The translations under genes were made by a program, and so were the position numbers. The notes under the pieces were generated by a model that saw only the letters and a program-made list of their open reading frames with translations, was not told where the DNA came from and searched no databases. From Rhodothermales bacterium (GTDB lineage Bacteria; Bacteroidota; Rhodothermia; Rhodothermales; VXPQ01), in NCBI GenBank assembly GCA_965117025.1, contig OZ220746.1:135225-199224 (forward strand): a stretch of DNA of 64,000 nt, in the 5' to 3' direction. Position 1 is the stretch's first letter. Every line of letters starts with the position of its first letter. Below are positions 54,394 through 64,000 of this stretch, piece by piece.

Positions 54394-54762
54394 ATGTCGA
54401 CGAACGGGACCAGCACTCATACCAAAACGCGGCCTGCGCCTATCGCACTCAGCGATCGTGCGGCGGGAGAAATTCGCAAGATCATGTCCACCAAGGACAT
54501 ACCCGAAGGATTTCATTTGCGTGTGGGTGTTCGAGGGGGCGGTTGCTCTGGTATGAGCTACATTCTCGGTTTCGACAAAATGCGCGAGCACGACACGAGT
54601 TTTGAAATAAACGGTGTCACCGTGTGCATGGATAAACGTCATGGATTGTATCTTATGGGCACCACGGTGGATTACCATGACGGCTTGAATGCACGAGGGT
54701 TCACATTTGAAAACCCTAATGCGACACAAACGTGCGGGTGTGGGTCCAGCTTCGCCGCGTAG
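54394..54762 (+). CDS. Iron-sulfur cluster insertion/assembly protein (HesB/IscA/ErpA family)
   Basis: ATG at 54394. GGGCSGMSY and the C-terminal TCGCGSSF Cys ligands are present. Confidence 0.9.
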   Translation: MSTNGTSTHTKTRPAPIALSDRAAGEIRKIMSTKDIPEGFHLRVGVRGGGCSGMSYILGFDKMREHDTSFEINGVTVCMDKRHGLYLMGTTVDYHDGLNARGFTFENPNATQTCGCGSSFAA

Positions 54763-54776
54763 CCTCGTTTTATGAT

Positions 54777-57398
54777 ATGGAAGGCAATTTTTCGAATCGC
54801 GTCAGAGATGTTATCAGGGACAGCCGGGAGGAGGCGATACGGCTGAGCCACGATTACATTGGCACCGAGCACCTTCTCCTCGGAATTATCTGCGAGGGCG
54901 AGGGTATTGCCGTAAAGATTCTCCGCAGCCTCGGTTGCGATTTGTTAAAGCTTAGAAAAGCAGTTGAGGAAACGGTCCGCGGTACGGGTGGGTCGCCTGC
55001 CGTAGGCAATATTTCGTTCACCAAACAAGCCGAAAAAGTTCTTAAGATCACCTATCTGGAGGCGAAGATATATAAGAGTGATATTATAGGCACCGAGCAT
55101 TTGCTGCTAAGTCTTCTCCGTGACGAGGAAAATGTTGCGGCGCGAATCCTGCAACAGGGATTTTCAGTCACGTACGATGCTGTACGGGCCGAATTAGACT
55201 CCATTATAGGAGGAAAGATACCTGCGACTGGCGGCGGTGGTGGGGTATCGGAACCGTCGCTGCCTGAAGGACAAGGAAAAGAGCGCCGTAAGATGGAAAA
55301 AAGCAAAACCCCGGTGCTCGACAACTTCGGCAGGGACCTGACCCGTCTGGCCGAGGAATCCAAGTTGGATCCGATCGTGGGTAGAGAACAGGAGATCGAG
55401 CGTGTTGCACAGGTGCTCAGTCGGCGCAAGAAGAACAATCCTGTGTTGATTGGTGAACCAGGTGTTGGCAAGACGGCTATCGCCGAAGGACTTGCCATAC
55501 GCATTGTCCAGCGTAAGGTCAGCCGTGTGCTCCATAACAAACGCATTGTGACGCTTGATTTGGCGGCACTTGTCGCCGGCACCAAGTACAGAGGACAGTT
55601 TGAGGAACGGATGAAGGCGGTGATGAACGAGCTCGAAAAGAGCCCGGAAGTCATTCTTTTTATCGATGAGTTACACACGATCGTCGGTGCAGGCGGGGCT
55701 TCCGGCAGTCTCGATGCATCGAATATGTTCAAACCGGCGCTTGCCCGGGGCGAGATTCAATGTATCGGAGCTACCACCCTCGACGAATACCGGCAATATA
55801 TCGAGAAGGATGGCGCCCTCGATCGACGTTTTCAGAAAATTATCGTGGATCCTTCCACCACGGAAGAAACGATCGAAATCCTTCGCAACATCAAGAGCCG
55901 CTACGAGGAACATCACAACGTTCGTTATTCCGATGATGCCCTCGTGCTTGCAGTGAGTCTCAGCGACCGCTACATCACAGACCGTTTTCTGCCCGACAAG
56001 GCCATTGACGTGATGGATGAAGCAGGTGCGCGCGTCCACCTCGCGAATATCCGCGTACCGGAGAATATTGTTCTCCTTGAAGAAGAAATTGAGACCGTCA
56101 GAAAGAAAAAGAACCGTGTCGTCAAGAGCCAGCGTTTTGAGGAAGCGGCTCGGCTGCGCGACAAGGAAAAGAAAATCGACGGAGAACTGGAAGAAGCCAA
56201 GCGGGAGTGGGAGCGCAAGGCGGAGGCGGAAGTGCATGACGTGACCGAAGAGAATATCGCTCAGGTTGTGGCGATGATGACAGGCATTCCGGTCGATAAA
56301 ATTTCCCAGCCCGAACAGAAGAAACTCGTCAGAATGGACGACGCGCTTATGAAGCGCGTGATCGGACAGGATGAAGCCATTCGGAAGCTGTCGAGCGCCA
56401 TACGTCGCACCCGGGCCGGACTCAAAGATCCCGGCCGCCCCATCGGCTCGTTTATTTTTCTCGGACCTACCGGCGTGGGCAAGACCGAGTTGGCCAAGGT
56501 ACTTACGCAGTATCTCTTCGATTCGGACGAAGCGTTGATACGTATCGACATGTCCGAATACATGGAAAAATTCTCCGTCAGTCGGCTGGTCGGTGCTCCC
56601 CCCGGATATGTTGGCTACGAAGAAGGCGGACAACTGACCGAAAAAGTCCGTCGCAAGCCGTATTCCGTGGTTCTTCTCGATGAGATTGAGAAGGCGCACC
56701 AGGATGTACTCAACATCCTGCTTCAGGTGCTTGATGACGGCGTACTTACAGATGGGCTTGGCCGCCGGGTCGATTTCCGGAATACGATCATCATTATGAC
56801 CTCGAACATCGGGGCCCGGGACATAAAGAACATTGGCAAAGGCATTGGCTTTTCCCAATCGGAGGAAACGTTCAATTACCGGACCATGAAGAGTACGGTG
56901 GAAGACGCTCTGAAACGGGTATTCAACCCTGAGTTTCTGAACCGCGTAGACGATGTGATCGTTTTCCGTTCGCTGGAGAAAGAACACATCTTCCGTATCA
57001 TCGACATTATGGCGGACGAGTTGCTTGATCGGGTCAGGGAGCTCGGCATTAAAGTGGATATCACAAAGTCGGCCAAGGAATTTCTCGTTCTGAAAGGGTT
57101 TGATGTAAAGTTTGGCGCCCGCCCTCTGCGGCGTTCGATCCAGAAATATATCGAAGACCCGCTTGCCGACCATATTCTTGGCAAGAACCTGGGCGAAGGC
57201 GATGCCATCCGTATTACTGCGAAAGACAAGAAGGATACCGACACGCTATCGTTCAGCATAAGAAAAAACAAAACATCGAAGGACGAGCCATCCGGCGTGG
57301 ATGTTGCTGAGGCGCCGCGGGATGGCAAGGAAGAAGACAAAGACATTGCCCCCTCGAGTCCTGGTGGAAAACAGGAAAAAGAAGTAGCAAGAGAATAG
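54777..57398 (+). CDS. clpC: ATP-dependent Clp protease ATP-binding subunit ClpC-type
   Basis: ATG at 54777. It has two Clp_N repeats and two AAA+ modules (GEPGVGKT and GPTGVGKT). A UVR-like segment is also present (QRFEEAARLRDKE). Confidence 0.95.
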   Translation: MEGNFSNRVRDVIRDSREEAIRLSHDYIGTEHLLLGIICEGEGIAVKILRSLGCDLLKLRKAVEETVRGTGGSPAVGNISFTKQAEKVLKITYLEAKIYKSDIIGTEHLLLSLLRDEENVAARILQQGFSVTYDAVRAELDSIIGGKIPATGGGGGVSEPSLPEGQGKERRKMEKSKTPVLDNFGRDLTRLAEESKLDPIVGREQEIERVAQVLSRRKKNNPVLIGEPGVGKTAIAEGLAIRIVQRKVSRVLHNKRIVTLDLAALVAGTKYRGQFEERMKAVMNELEKSPEVILFIDELHTIVGAGGASGSLDASNMFKPALARGEIQCIGATTLDEYRQYIEKDGALDRRFQKIIVDPSTTEETIEILRNIKSRYEEHHNVRYSDDALVLAVSLSDRYITDRFLPDKAIDVMDEAGARVHLANIRVPENIVLLEEEIETVRKKKNRVVKSQRFEEAARLRDKEKKIDGELEEAKREWERKAEAEVHDVTEENIAQVVAMMTGIPVDKISQPEQKKLVRMDDALMKRVIGQDEAIRKLSSAIRRTRAGLKDPGRPIGSFIFLGPTGVGKTELAKVLTQYLFDSDEALIRIDMSEYMEKFSVSRLVGAPPGYVGYEEGGQLTEKVRRKPYSVVLLDEIEKAHQDVLNILLQVLDDGVLTDGLGRRVDFRNTIIIMTSNIGARDIKNIGKGIGFSQSEETFNYRTMKSTVEDALKRVFNPEFLNRVDDVIVFRSLEKEHIFRIIDIMADELLDRVRELGIKVDITKSAKEFLVLKGFDVKFGARPLRRSIQKYIEDPLADHILGKNLGEGDAIRITAKDKKDTDTLSFSIRKNKTSKDEPSGVDVAEAPRDGKEEDKDIAPSSPGGKQEKEVARE

Positions 57399-57445
57399 GC
57401 TCTTTTTGCTCAATCTTCTGAGCGTGTATTGATCTGTTGCCCCCT

Positions 57446-58549
57446 ATGCAAAGCGTTGCCATCATTGGCGTCGGCCTGATTGGCGGATCCCTTGGCCTCG
57501 TATGGAAAAAACAGGCGCAGGAGGTCGAGATCACTGGCTTTGACCAATCCGCCACACTTGACAGGGCAATAGAAATCGGCGCCCTTGACCGGGCGGCATC
57601 CTCCCTTGAGGAGGCGGTTTCCGGCGCTGATGTCGTTGTACTGGCTACCCCCATCCAGTCCGTTCTGGAAATTCTGGAGCAGGTTGCGCCGTATGTCAAG
57701 ACGGGCGCCATCATTACGGATGTAGGTTCCGTAAAAGGCCCGGTTGCAGACCGTGCCTCGACGGTATTGCCCTCGGATGTCTTGTTTGTCGGCGGGCACC
57801 CCATGGCCGGCTCCGAGCGCCGGGGAATCGAGCAGGCGGATGCCTTGTTGTTCGAAAACGCGGCCTACGTACTTTGCCCTCCGGACCATATGGATGCTTC
57901 CACCCTGGAGGTGGAGCATGCCTCTTTCGTGGCCTTGATTGAGGCCACCGGGGCTCGTCTTATCCTGCTTCCCCCCGCTCGCCACGACCGGATTGCCGCG
58001 TTTGTCAGTCATCTTCCCCAGTTGCTTGCCGTTGCGCTAATGAACCATGTGGCGACAGAAGACGGACATGACGATGCCTTTCTTCAACTTGCTGCCGGCG
58101 GGTTTCGGGATATGACTCGCATTGCCTCCTCTCCTTTCGATGTGTGGAGCGATATCCTGAAAACGAACGACACGCGCATTCTGGAGGTGCTTGATTCGTT
58201 TGTCGGGCGGATAGAGGTTCTTCGTCGGGAGATTGCCCATGGCGATATGGAAACATTGCGGAATCGCTTCGAGGACGCTTGCTCTACGAGGGAAACGATA
58301 CCCCGCAACACAAAAGGATTTCTACATCCTCTTGCGGACGTATATGTCTACGCGGAAGATCATCCTGGCGAACTGCTCTCGATTACCAGGATACTCTATG
58401 AGGCATCGTTGAATATCAAGGATATTGAATTGCTCAAAATACGCGAAGGAACCGGAGGCGCCTTCCGCATGGGTTTCGCCGAAGACGCCACGGCTACCGC
58501 TGCTACCGAAACACTGATCCGTGCAGGCTATACCGCCTGGCGCTTGTAA
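57446..58549 (+). CDS. tyrA: Prephenate dehydrogenase with C-terminal ACT domain
   Basis: ATG at 57446 (MQSVAIIGVGLIGGSLG). The track start is a TTG at 57437. GGHPMAGSE motif. Confidence 0.9.
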   Translation: MQSVAIIGVGLIGGSLGLVWKKQAQEVEITGFDQSATLDRAIEIGALDRAASSLEEAVSGADVVVLATPIQSVLEILEQVAPYVKTGAIITDVGSVKGPVADRASTVLPSDVLFVGGHPMAGSERRGIEQADALLFENAAYVLCPPDHMDASTLEVEHASFVALIEATGARLILLPPARHDRIAAFVSHLPQLLAVALMNHVATEDGHDDAFLQLAAGGFRDMTRIASSPFDVWSDILKTNDTRILEVLDSFVGRIEVLRREIAHGDMETLRNRFEDACSTRETIPRNTKGFLHPLADVYVYAEDHPGELLSITRILYEASLNIKDIELLKIREGTGGAFRMGFAEDATATAATETLIRAGYTAWRL

Positions 58550-58560
58550 TATGGACATCT

Positions 58561-59691
58561 ATGGCATCGACTGAATCCGGGCCTCTCCGAAAAACCCCGC
58601 TTTACGATCGCCACATTGCGCTCGGCGGGCGGATGACGCCATTTGCCGGCTACGAAATGCCGATGCGCTATACGGAGGGCATCCTTGAAGAGCATCGTGC
58701 GGTTCGCCGGGAGGCAGGTCTCTTCGATGTCAGTCATATGGGAGAAATCCTTGTTCACGGTCCGCACGCTGCCGATTGCGTACAATACCTGATCACGAAC
58801 GAGGCAATGTCGCTTCAGGCCGGACAGGCCGTCTATACCTGTATGTGCCGGGAAGATGGCGGCATTATTGATGACTTGATCGTATATCGCCTTGCCGAGG
58901 ACGAATACCTTTTTGTGGTCAATGCTGCAAATCGCCAGAAGGACTTCATGTGGATGATCCGAAATAACCCGGCGAAGGCGATCATCGAAGACATATCTGA
59001 CGAGATTGCCCTGATTGCTGTACAGGGCCCCCTGGCGCGCGCTATCACGGAAGCCGCGCTCGAAGAAGATTTGCATGGCTTGAAGCCATTTCACTTCCGG
59101 CGGGCTTCAGGCAGGTGTTTTGCAGGAGCACGTTTTTCTGTCGTTTCTGCAACGGGCTATACGGGAGAGGCAGGTGTCGAGATATATTGCGATGCCGATC
59201 TGGCCGGATCCGTCTGGGACAGGATCCTGAAGGTCGGAACAGACCAGGGGCTGAAACCTGCCGGCCTGGGCGCTCGGGACACCCTTCGCATGGAATCTGC
59301 GTTTCGTCTCTATGGAAACGATATTACGGAGCAAACCAACCCTATCGAGGCCGGCCTGGGTTATTTTGTCCGAATGGACAAGGATGATTTCATCGGAAAA
59401 CCCGTGCTGGAACGTGTACGTTCGGAGGGCCCGTCCCGGAAACTGATAGCGTTTATAGTCCAGGAGCAGGGAGCTATTCCAAGAAGCGGTCATAGTATCT
59501 CGACCCCCATGGGCCCGGACACGGGCGTGGTCACGAGCGGAACACAATCGCCCATGCTCGGACGAGGTATCGGTTTGGGATATGTGCCCAACGAGCCGGC
59601 CTGCACGATGCCGGATTCCGAAATAAGCATAGCCATTCGATCCCGCACGATTCGTGCGCTTGTCAAGAAACCCCCATTACATAAAATCTGA
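58561..59691 (+). CDS. gcvT: Glycine cleavage system aminomethyltransferase (T protein)
   Basis: LRKTPLYDRHIALGGRMTPFAGYEMPMRY ... FDVSHMGE ... TGYTGEAGVEI. Confidence 0.95.
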   Translation: MASTESGPLRKTPLYDRHIALGGRMTPFAGYEMPMRYTEGILEEHRAVRREAGLFDVSHMGEILVHGPHAADCVQYLITNEAMSLQAGQAVYTCMCREDGGIIDDLIVYRLAEDEYLFVVNAANRQKDFMWMIRNNPAKAIIEDISDEIALIAVQGPLARAITEAALEEDLHGLKPFHFRRASGRCFAGARFSVVSATGYTGEAGVEIYCDADLAGSVWDRILKVGTDQGLKPAGLGARDTLRMESAFRLYGNDITEQTNPIEAGLGYFVRMDKDDFIGKPVLERVRSEGPSRKLIAFIVQEQGAIPRSGHSISTPMGPDTGVVTSGTQSPMLGRGIGLGYVPNEPACTMPDSEISIAIRSRTIRALVKKPPLHKI

Positions 59692-59783
59692 ACCCCTGTC
59701 GCGCATTTCGGCAAGACAAGGATTATCTTCCGGTGCCTTGTGCACCGTGGTTTCCCTTCCACTCGATTACGTCATTGTATTCC

Positions 59784-60530
59784 ATGAACACAGAAGTATT
59801 TATCACTGGTCAATCCGTGCCGGAGGAAAAAGTGAATGGGCACACGGTGGTGGTGATCGACGTGCTGCGGGCCTGTTCGACGATCGTGACTGCAATGTGC
59901 AACGGAGCCCGGGATGTAGTGCCGGTGCCGGATATGGATCAGGCAGGGAAAATTGCGTCGAACCTCGACCAGGAAAGTTATCTCCTGGGCGGCGAACGCG
60001 GCGGTTTTCGGATCGAAGAGTACCATTGCGGCAATTCGCCCCTGGAGTATACTCGTGAGAGGGTGAAAGATCGGACGATCATTCTTAGTACGACCAATGG
60101 TACCGTAGCTATGCATAGGGGGCAGAATGCAAAGAGCCTTCTGATCGGGTGTTTCCTGAATATTGATCGCATTGTCGAAGCGATTCGCGAGTTGGGAAAT
60201 GACCTGACCATCATCTGTGCAGGCCAGAAACACCGGGTTTCCCTGGAGGATACCCTTTGTGCGGGCTATATACTGGATCGACTGTGGGATGGAAAACGAA
60301 TTGAAGGGGTTTCTGATACGGCGCTCATAGCCTTTTCCTTATATGATCGCAATCGCTTGCATCTGGACGCTACCTTGCGGCAGGGCAGCCATGCGAGATG
60401 GCTTGCATCGAAAGGTTTTGAAGGCGATGTAGACTATTGTTTCCAGTTCAATTCCTTACCCGTACTCCCCTATTACCGGGAAAACCGGATTGTACTGGAT
60501 AAAACAGAGCTTTCCCTTGCGGCTGTATAA
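59784..60530 (+). CDS. comB: 2-phosphosulfolactate phosphatase family protein
   Basis: ATG at 59784. VVVIDVLRACSTIVTAM ... LGGERGG ... NSP ... TTNGT motifs. Confidence 0.8.
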   Translation: MNTEVFITGQSVPEEKVNGHTVVVIDVLRACSTIVTAMCNGARDVVPVPDMDQAGKIASNLDQESYLLGGERGGFRIEEYHCGNSPLEYTRERVKDRTIILSTTNGTVAMHRGQNAKSLLIGCFLNIDRIVEAIRELGNDLTIICAGQKHRVSLEDTLCAGYILDRLWDGKRIEGVSDTALIAFSLYDRNRLHLDATLRQGSHARWLASKGFEGDVDYCFQFNSLPVLPYYRENRIVLDKTELSLAAV

Positions 60531-60531
60531 C

Positions 60532-60573
60532 AGGATACAAGGGTTTGCCCGCCTGTTTGTATTGTTGTATCCT
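60532..60573. other. Inverted repeat AGGATACAA-24 nt-TTGTATCCT between comB and ftsK
   Basis: It has 9-bp perfect arms. It shares the AGGATAC core with the dispersed element termini, but the interior is unrelated. Confidence 0.4.
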
Positions 60574-60579
60574 TGAGTG

Positions 60580-63036
60580 ATGGCTTCGCGATCAGGTAAA
60601 AAACATAACCGGAGGAGGGTTTCCGGACAAAGCACGCAACGTGCATCCGCTGGCCGTATGCATGAAGTGCTTGGCCTTGTCGTGATGACCCTGGCCTTTC
60701 TTATCGGGCTGGCGCTGGTTACCTACCATGCTTCCGATGACGTCATTGTGCGGGGAAGCACCCTGAGCGACGCATTTGTTCCCGGAGAAAATCAGGTATC
60801 CAATGCGCTCGGTCTGGCAGGTGCATGGATTGCTCGCCTTCTCGTACCTCGTTTTCTGGGCTATCCGGTTGTACTTCTGGCAGGATTGGCGTGTATGGTT
60901 GGATATCTGCTGTTCCGGCGGCGCCTGACCGGCAAACTGATTTCGACGGGTATCCTGATTCTTATCGTCACATTCACCGTAGCCGGCCTTCTTGGTTGGG
61001 TTGCCCTTGTTTTTGAGGTGGAACTTGCATTATGGAGTGGGAGGCTCGGCCTTGGGGTGGCCGGGTGGCTCCAGCATGTTCTTGGCAGGATCGGATCGGC
61101 TGTGATCCTTGCAATGTCCCTTGCAATCGCCTTCCTGCTACTGGTGGATCATGACCTGCAGCGCCTGTTCGATAAGGTCGGATACTGGCCCGCCTCGGTA
61201 AAAGCCGCTGCTGCACGCCGGCGCGCCGCGCGCGAAAAACGTGCGGAAGCAAATCGCAAGGCGAAACAGGCAAAACGGAAAACGGGGGATTCCGAAGACC
61301 TCAAAGAAACTCCCGATAAGACGGTACAAATGGCCGCCGGGGCCCCCGGCAGGATGGCCGACCCTGCCCCATCGGGCTCAGACCGTACGTTGAATGACAC
61401 GTTTCAAGGCATGCGCCCCCCTGCTCGAAGTACAGCGCAAGCCCCTGCTGCGGAAAAGGATATTGAAATACAGGTCCAGCAGCGTATCGAGGAGGAGCAC
61501 ACGGATATCGTGGAGCGGCAGATAGATATTCCCCGAGAAAGGCTTGCAGCCCGGTATCGTTTTCCCACTATTGATCTACTGGATGAGCGTGATGCCGATG
61601 AGGTGCCGATCGACTACGAAGAATTGGAAGAAAACAAGCGAATCCTTCTCGACAAACTCGATACATACGGCATTGAAATACGCGAGATCAATGCAATCGT
61701 TGGGCCGACCGTTACGTTGTACGAGCTGACACCGGCTCCTGGCGTAAAGATCAATCGTATCACAGCCCTCGAAAACGATCTCGCTATGGCGATGGCTGCC
61801 GGAGGTATCCGGATGATTGCGCCGATTCCGGGGAAATCCGCCGTGGGTGTTGAAATCCCGAACCGGCGCCGCGAACTCGTTCGGATCCGTGATGTCATAG
61901 GCACTGCACGATTCCGTGATTCCGAGATGGAACTGCCTATCGCGGTCGGCAAAAGCATTGAAGGAGAAGTTTTTTTAACGGATCTGACGAAACTTCCCCA
62001 CTTGCTTATTGCAGGAGCGACCGGCTCGGGTAAATCGGTGGGGCTCAATACGTTGATTACCGGATTAATGTATGCGTGTCATCCCGCCAATCTGAAGTTT
62101 GTAATGATCGATCCCAAAAAGATCGAATTGCAGCAATACAAGTACATGGTTGATCACTATGTGGCCATGCCGGAGAATAGCGAGGAGCCGATTATCACCG
62201 ATGTGGCCCAGGCGTTGGGAGTGCTCAAGTCCTGTGAGCGCGAGATGGAAATACGTTATGATCTGTTTTCTGCGGCCCAGGTTCGCTCTATCAAGGATTA
62301 CAACAAAAAGGTTCACTCCGGGAAACTGGACGAGGATGATGCCTTCCCCCATTTGCCTTATATCGTTGTTATCATAGATGAGCTCGCGGACCTTATGATG
62401 TTGGCGGGCAAGGATATAGAGGCGCCTATAGCACGGCTTGCCCAGATGGCGCGCGCCGTGGGTATACACCTTGTGCTTGCCACGCAACGCCCGTCCGTCG
62501 ATGTGATCACCGGGTTGATAAAGGCGAATTTTCCTGCACGCATTGCCTATCAGGTTGCTTCCAAAGTAGATTCCCGCACAATCCTCGATCAGAACGGTGC
62601 AGAAGGTCTTGTCGGTAACGGGGACCTTTTGTATATGCTCGGAAGCAGGTCGGCCCGCCTGCAAGGGCCGTTCGTAAGCACCGAAGAAGTGGACCGCGTA
62701 GTGGATTTTGTGGCGCGCCAGAAAGGCTCCGGCTCTTATATGCTGCCCCCGTTCGGGGATGAAAGCAGCGCAGGCACTCTTTCCGGCATAGACGATATAG
62801 ACCCGTTCTTCGACGAGGCGGCCCACATTATCGTGCGTGCCCGACAAGGCTCGGTTTCCCTTCTGCAACGCAAACTGTCCGTCGGATACACTCGAGCCGC
62901 TCGCATTGTGGATCAACTTGAAACGGCGGGCATTGTGGGCCGGTTTGTGGGGTCTAAAGCGCGCGAAGTGCTTGTCGAGTCTGAAGAAGAGCTGGATGCG
63001 TTGCTCGCAGGCATCAGGAATTCGGGCAAGGTGTAG
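60580..63036 (+). CDS. ftsK: DNA translocase FtsK
   Basis: N-terminal TM segments, a Pro/Ala/Lys-rich linker, a motor domain with GATGSGKS Walker A, and a C-terminal gamma (winged-helix) domain SLLQRKLSVGYTRAARIVDQLE. ATG at 60580 (GTG at 60577). Confidence 0.95.
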   Translation: MASRSGKKHNRRRVSGQSTQRASAGRMHEVLGLVVMTLAFLIGLALVTYHASDDVIVRGSTLSDAFVPGENQVSNALGLAGAWIARLLVPRFLGYPVVLLAGLACMVGYLLFRRRLTGKLISTGILILIVTFTVAGLLGWVALVFEVELALWSGRLGLGVAGWLQHVLGRIGSAVILAMSLAIAFLLLVDHDLQRLFDKVGYWPASVKAAAARRRAAREKRAEANRKAKQAKRKTGDSEDLKETPDKTVQMAAGAPGRMADPAPSGSDRTLNDTFQGMRPPARSTAQAPAAEKDIEIQVQQRIEEEHTDIVERQIDIPRERLAARYRFPTIDLLDERDADEVPIDYEELEENKRILLDKLDTYGIEIREINAIVGPTVTLYELTPAPGVKINRITALENDLAMAMAAGGIRMIAPIPGKSAVGVEIPNRRRELVRIRDVIGTARFRDSEMELPIAVGKSIEGEVFLTDLTKLPHLLIAGATGSGKSVGLNTLITGLMYACHPANLKFVMIDPKKIELQQYKYMVDHYVAMPENSEEPIITDVAQALGVLKSCEREMEIRYDLFSAAQVRSIKDYNKKVHSGKLDEDDAFPHLPYIVVIIDELADLMMLAGKDIEAPIARLAQMARAVGIHLVLATQRPSVDVITGLIKANFPARIAYQVASKVDSRTILDQNGAEGLVGNGDLLYMLGSRSARLQGPFVSTEEVDRVVDFVARQKGSGSYMLPPFGDESSAGTLSGIDDIDPFFDEAAHIIVRARQGSVSLLQRKLSVGYTRAARIVDQLETAGIVGRFVGSKAREVLVESEEELDALLAGIRNSGKV

Positions 63037-63041
63037 AGTTC

Positions 63042-64000
63042 ATGCCATCTTTTCCGAAAGGAGCTTTTCCTGTAGTGGGAATTCTTGGTGGCGGGCAACT
63101 GGCCCGGATGACGGCCTTTGCCGCCATACGAATGGGTTTCGAAGTACGCTTTTTGCTCCCGGAAGCGTCCGGACCCGTGCAGGGACTTGGGCAATCCTTC
63201 GTGGGTGACTGGACGGATACCCGCATGCTGCGCGATTTCGGGTCTGTTTGCGAGGTGGTGACGGCTGAGAGTGAATGGACCCCGGTAAAAGAAGCCGAGG
63301 CCGCTTTACAGGGCCGTGTCCCCGTTCGCCCTGCCTCATTTACCCTCGATATTGTCCGGCATAAAGGCCGCCAGAAAACCTGGTTGCAGGACGCGGGACT
63401 ACCCGTCCCTCGTTTTGCATGCTGCGCCACGCTGGAAGAGGCCAGAGAGACAGCGAACAACTTCGGGTATCCCGTACTCGCAAAAAGATATACGCATGCG
63501 TACGACGGATACGGTAACGCGACGGTCCACTCTGCGGATGAACTACGGGCAGCATGGGAGCGCCTTGCAGCAAAAGACGGTCTGTTAATAGAAGCTTTCG
63601 TTTCGTTCCGGAGAGAACTTTCCGTGCTGGTCGCCCGCAGGCCCGGAGGCGAGCATGTCATTTATCCCGTAGCGGATACCGAACAGCGCAATCATCGTTG
63701 TTATGCGGTAGAGGTTCCATCTTGCATTGAAGACACCGAAGCGGACGAGGCGCGCCGGATAGGGCTTGCCGCTGTGGAAGCAGTTCAGGGAACGGGACTT
63801 GTTGCCGTTGAACTTTTTCATACGGAAGACGGAAGTATCCTGATTAACGAGCTGGCCCCGCGGCCGCACAACACGGGGCACTACTCTATCGAGGGCAGCT
63901 ATACCTCGCAGTTTGAGAACCACATCCGGGCCGTGCTGGATCTCCCTCTGGGAAATCCGGAACTGCGCACGCCTGTAGCGATTATGGTGAATGTATTCGG
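63042..64000 (+). CDS. purK: N5-carboxyaminoimidazole ribonucleotide synthase (3' end outside window)
   Basis: It is not in the supplied track because no stop falls in the window. My translation from the ATG at 63042 is open to the end: MPSFPKGAFPVVGILGGGQLARM ... FGYPVLAK ... LINELAPRPHNTGHY (ATP-grasp PurK signature). Confidence 0.9.
   Translation, partial: MPSFPKGAFPVVGILGGGQLARMTAFAAIRMGFEVRFLLPEASGPVQGLGQSFVGDWTDTRMLRDFGSVCEVVTAESEWTPVKEAEAALQGRVPVRPASFTLDIVRHKGRQKTWLQDAGLPVPRFACCATLEEARETANNFGYPVLAKRYTHAYDGYGNATVHSADELRAAWERLAAKDGLLIEAFVSFRRELSVLVARRPGGEHVIYPVADTEQRNHRCYAVEVPSCIEDTEADEARRIGLAAVEAVQGTGLVAVELFHTEDGSILINELAPRPHNTGHYSIEGSYTSQFENHIRAVLDLPLGNPELRTPVAIMVNVF

Noticed and set aside
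60532-60573. The AGGATACAA...TTGTATCCT hairpin as a ninth member of the dispersed element family.
   Set aside because: It shares only the 7-nt AGGATAC core. The interior and the extended termini (CTCTGAT) are absent. It is listed as a separate low-confidence hairpin.

Overview
This 64-kb window comes from a fairly GC-rich bacterial chromosome. The gene content (LolC/E-type permease, lamin-tail/FlgD-Ig secreted protein, DUF5060-type protein, ClpC, GlnRS with a GatB/YqeY tail, few Shine-Dalgarno-like sites) suggests a Bacteroidota/Rhodothermota-like organism; that is inference only. About 50 protein genes can be supported, most of them housekeeping: copA (5'-truncated by the window edge), miaA, glnS, purC, moaDE, pruA, thiE, hemACD, pepF, osmC, proBA, clpC, tyrA, gvT-type gcvT, comB, ftsK and purK (3'-truncated by the window edge). 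There is one tRNA-Leu(UAA) with a rho-independent terminator. No rRNA and no CRISPR array were found.

Four things stand out.
(1) The first ~12.5 kb, between copA and miaA, looks accessory. It holds a secreted metzincin-WD40 fusion, an IS256-family transposase remnant, an AAA/DUF4143 ATPase, an HNH endonuclease whose 3' end is a mazE tail, an intact mazEF pair and a tyrosine recombinase flanked by a repeated ~20-bp motif. Two diverged copies of an ATPase/23-bp-repeat/mazEF module bracket an alkD-like gene and a sulfatase gene.
(2) A dispersed nested-palindrome intergenic element (termini TTAAGGATACTCTGAT...ATCAGAGTATCCTTAA) occurs at 8 or more loci as full, short, single-arm and disrupted forms. 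A second 33-bp palindrome occurs twice.
(3) A 688-bp tandem duplication produced two DinB-like paralogs plus an in-frame 5' fragment of the neighbouring asparaginase-family gene.
(4) Next to tRNA-Leu there is a patch of truncated genes: a TIM-barrel isomerase fragment, a 5'-truncated Nramp-like transporter and an internally deleted paralog of a DUF5060-type gene.

All calls rest on motif recognition and manual alignment. No database search, folding or statistics could be run. Many ORFs in the supplied track are antisense or out-of-frame artefacts of GC-rich coding sequence and are not reported.
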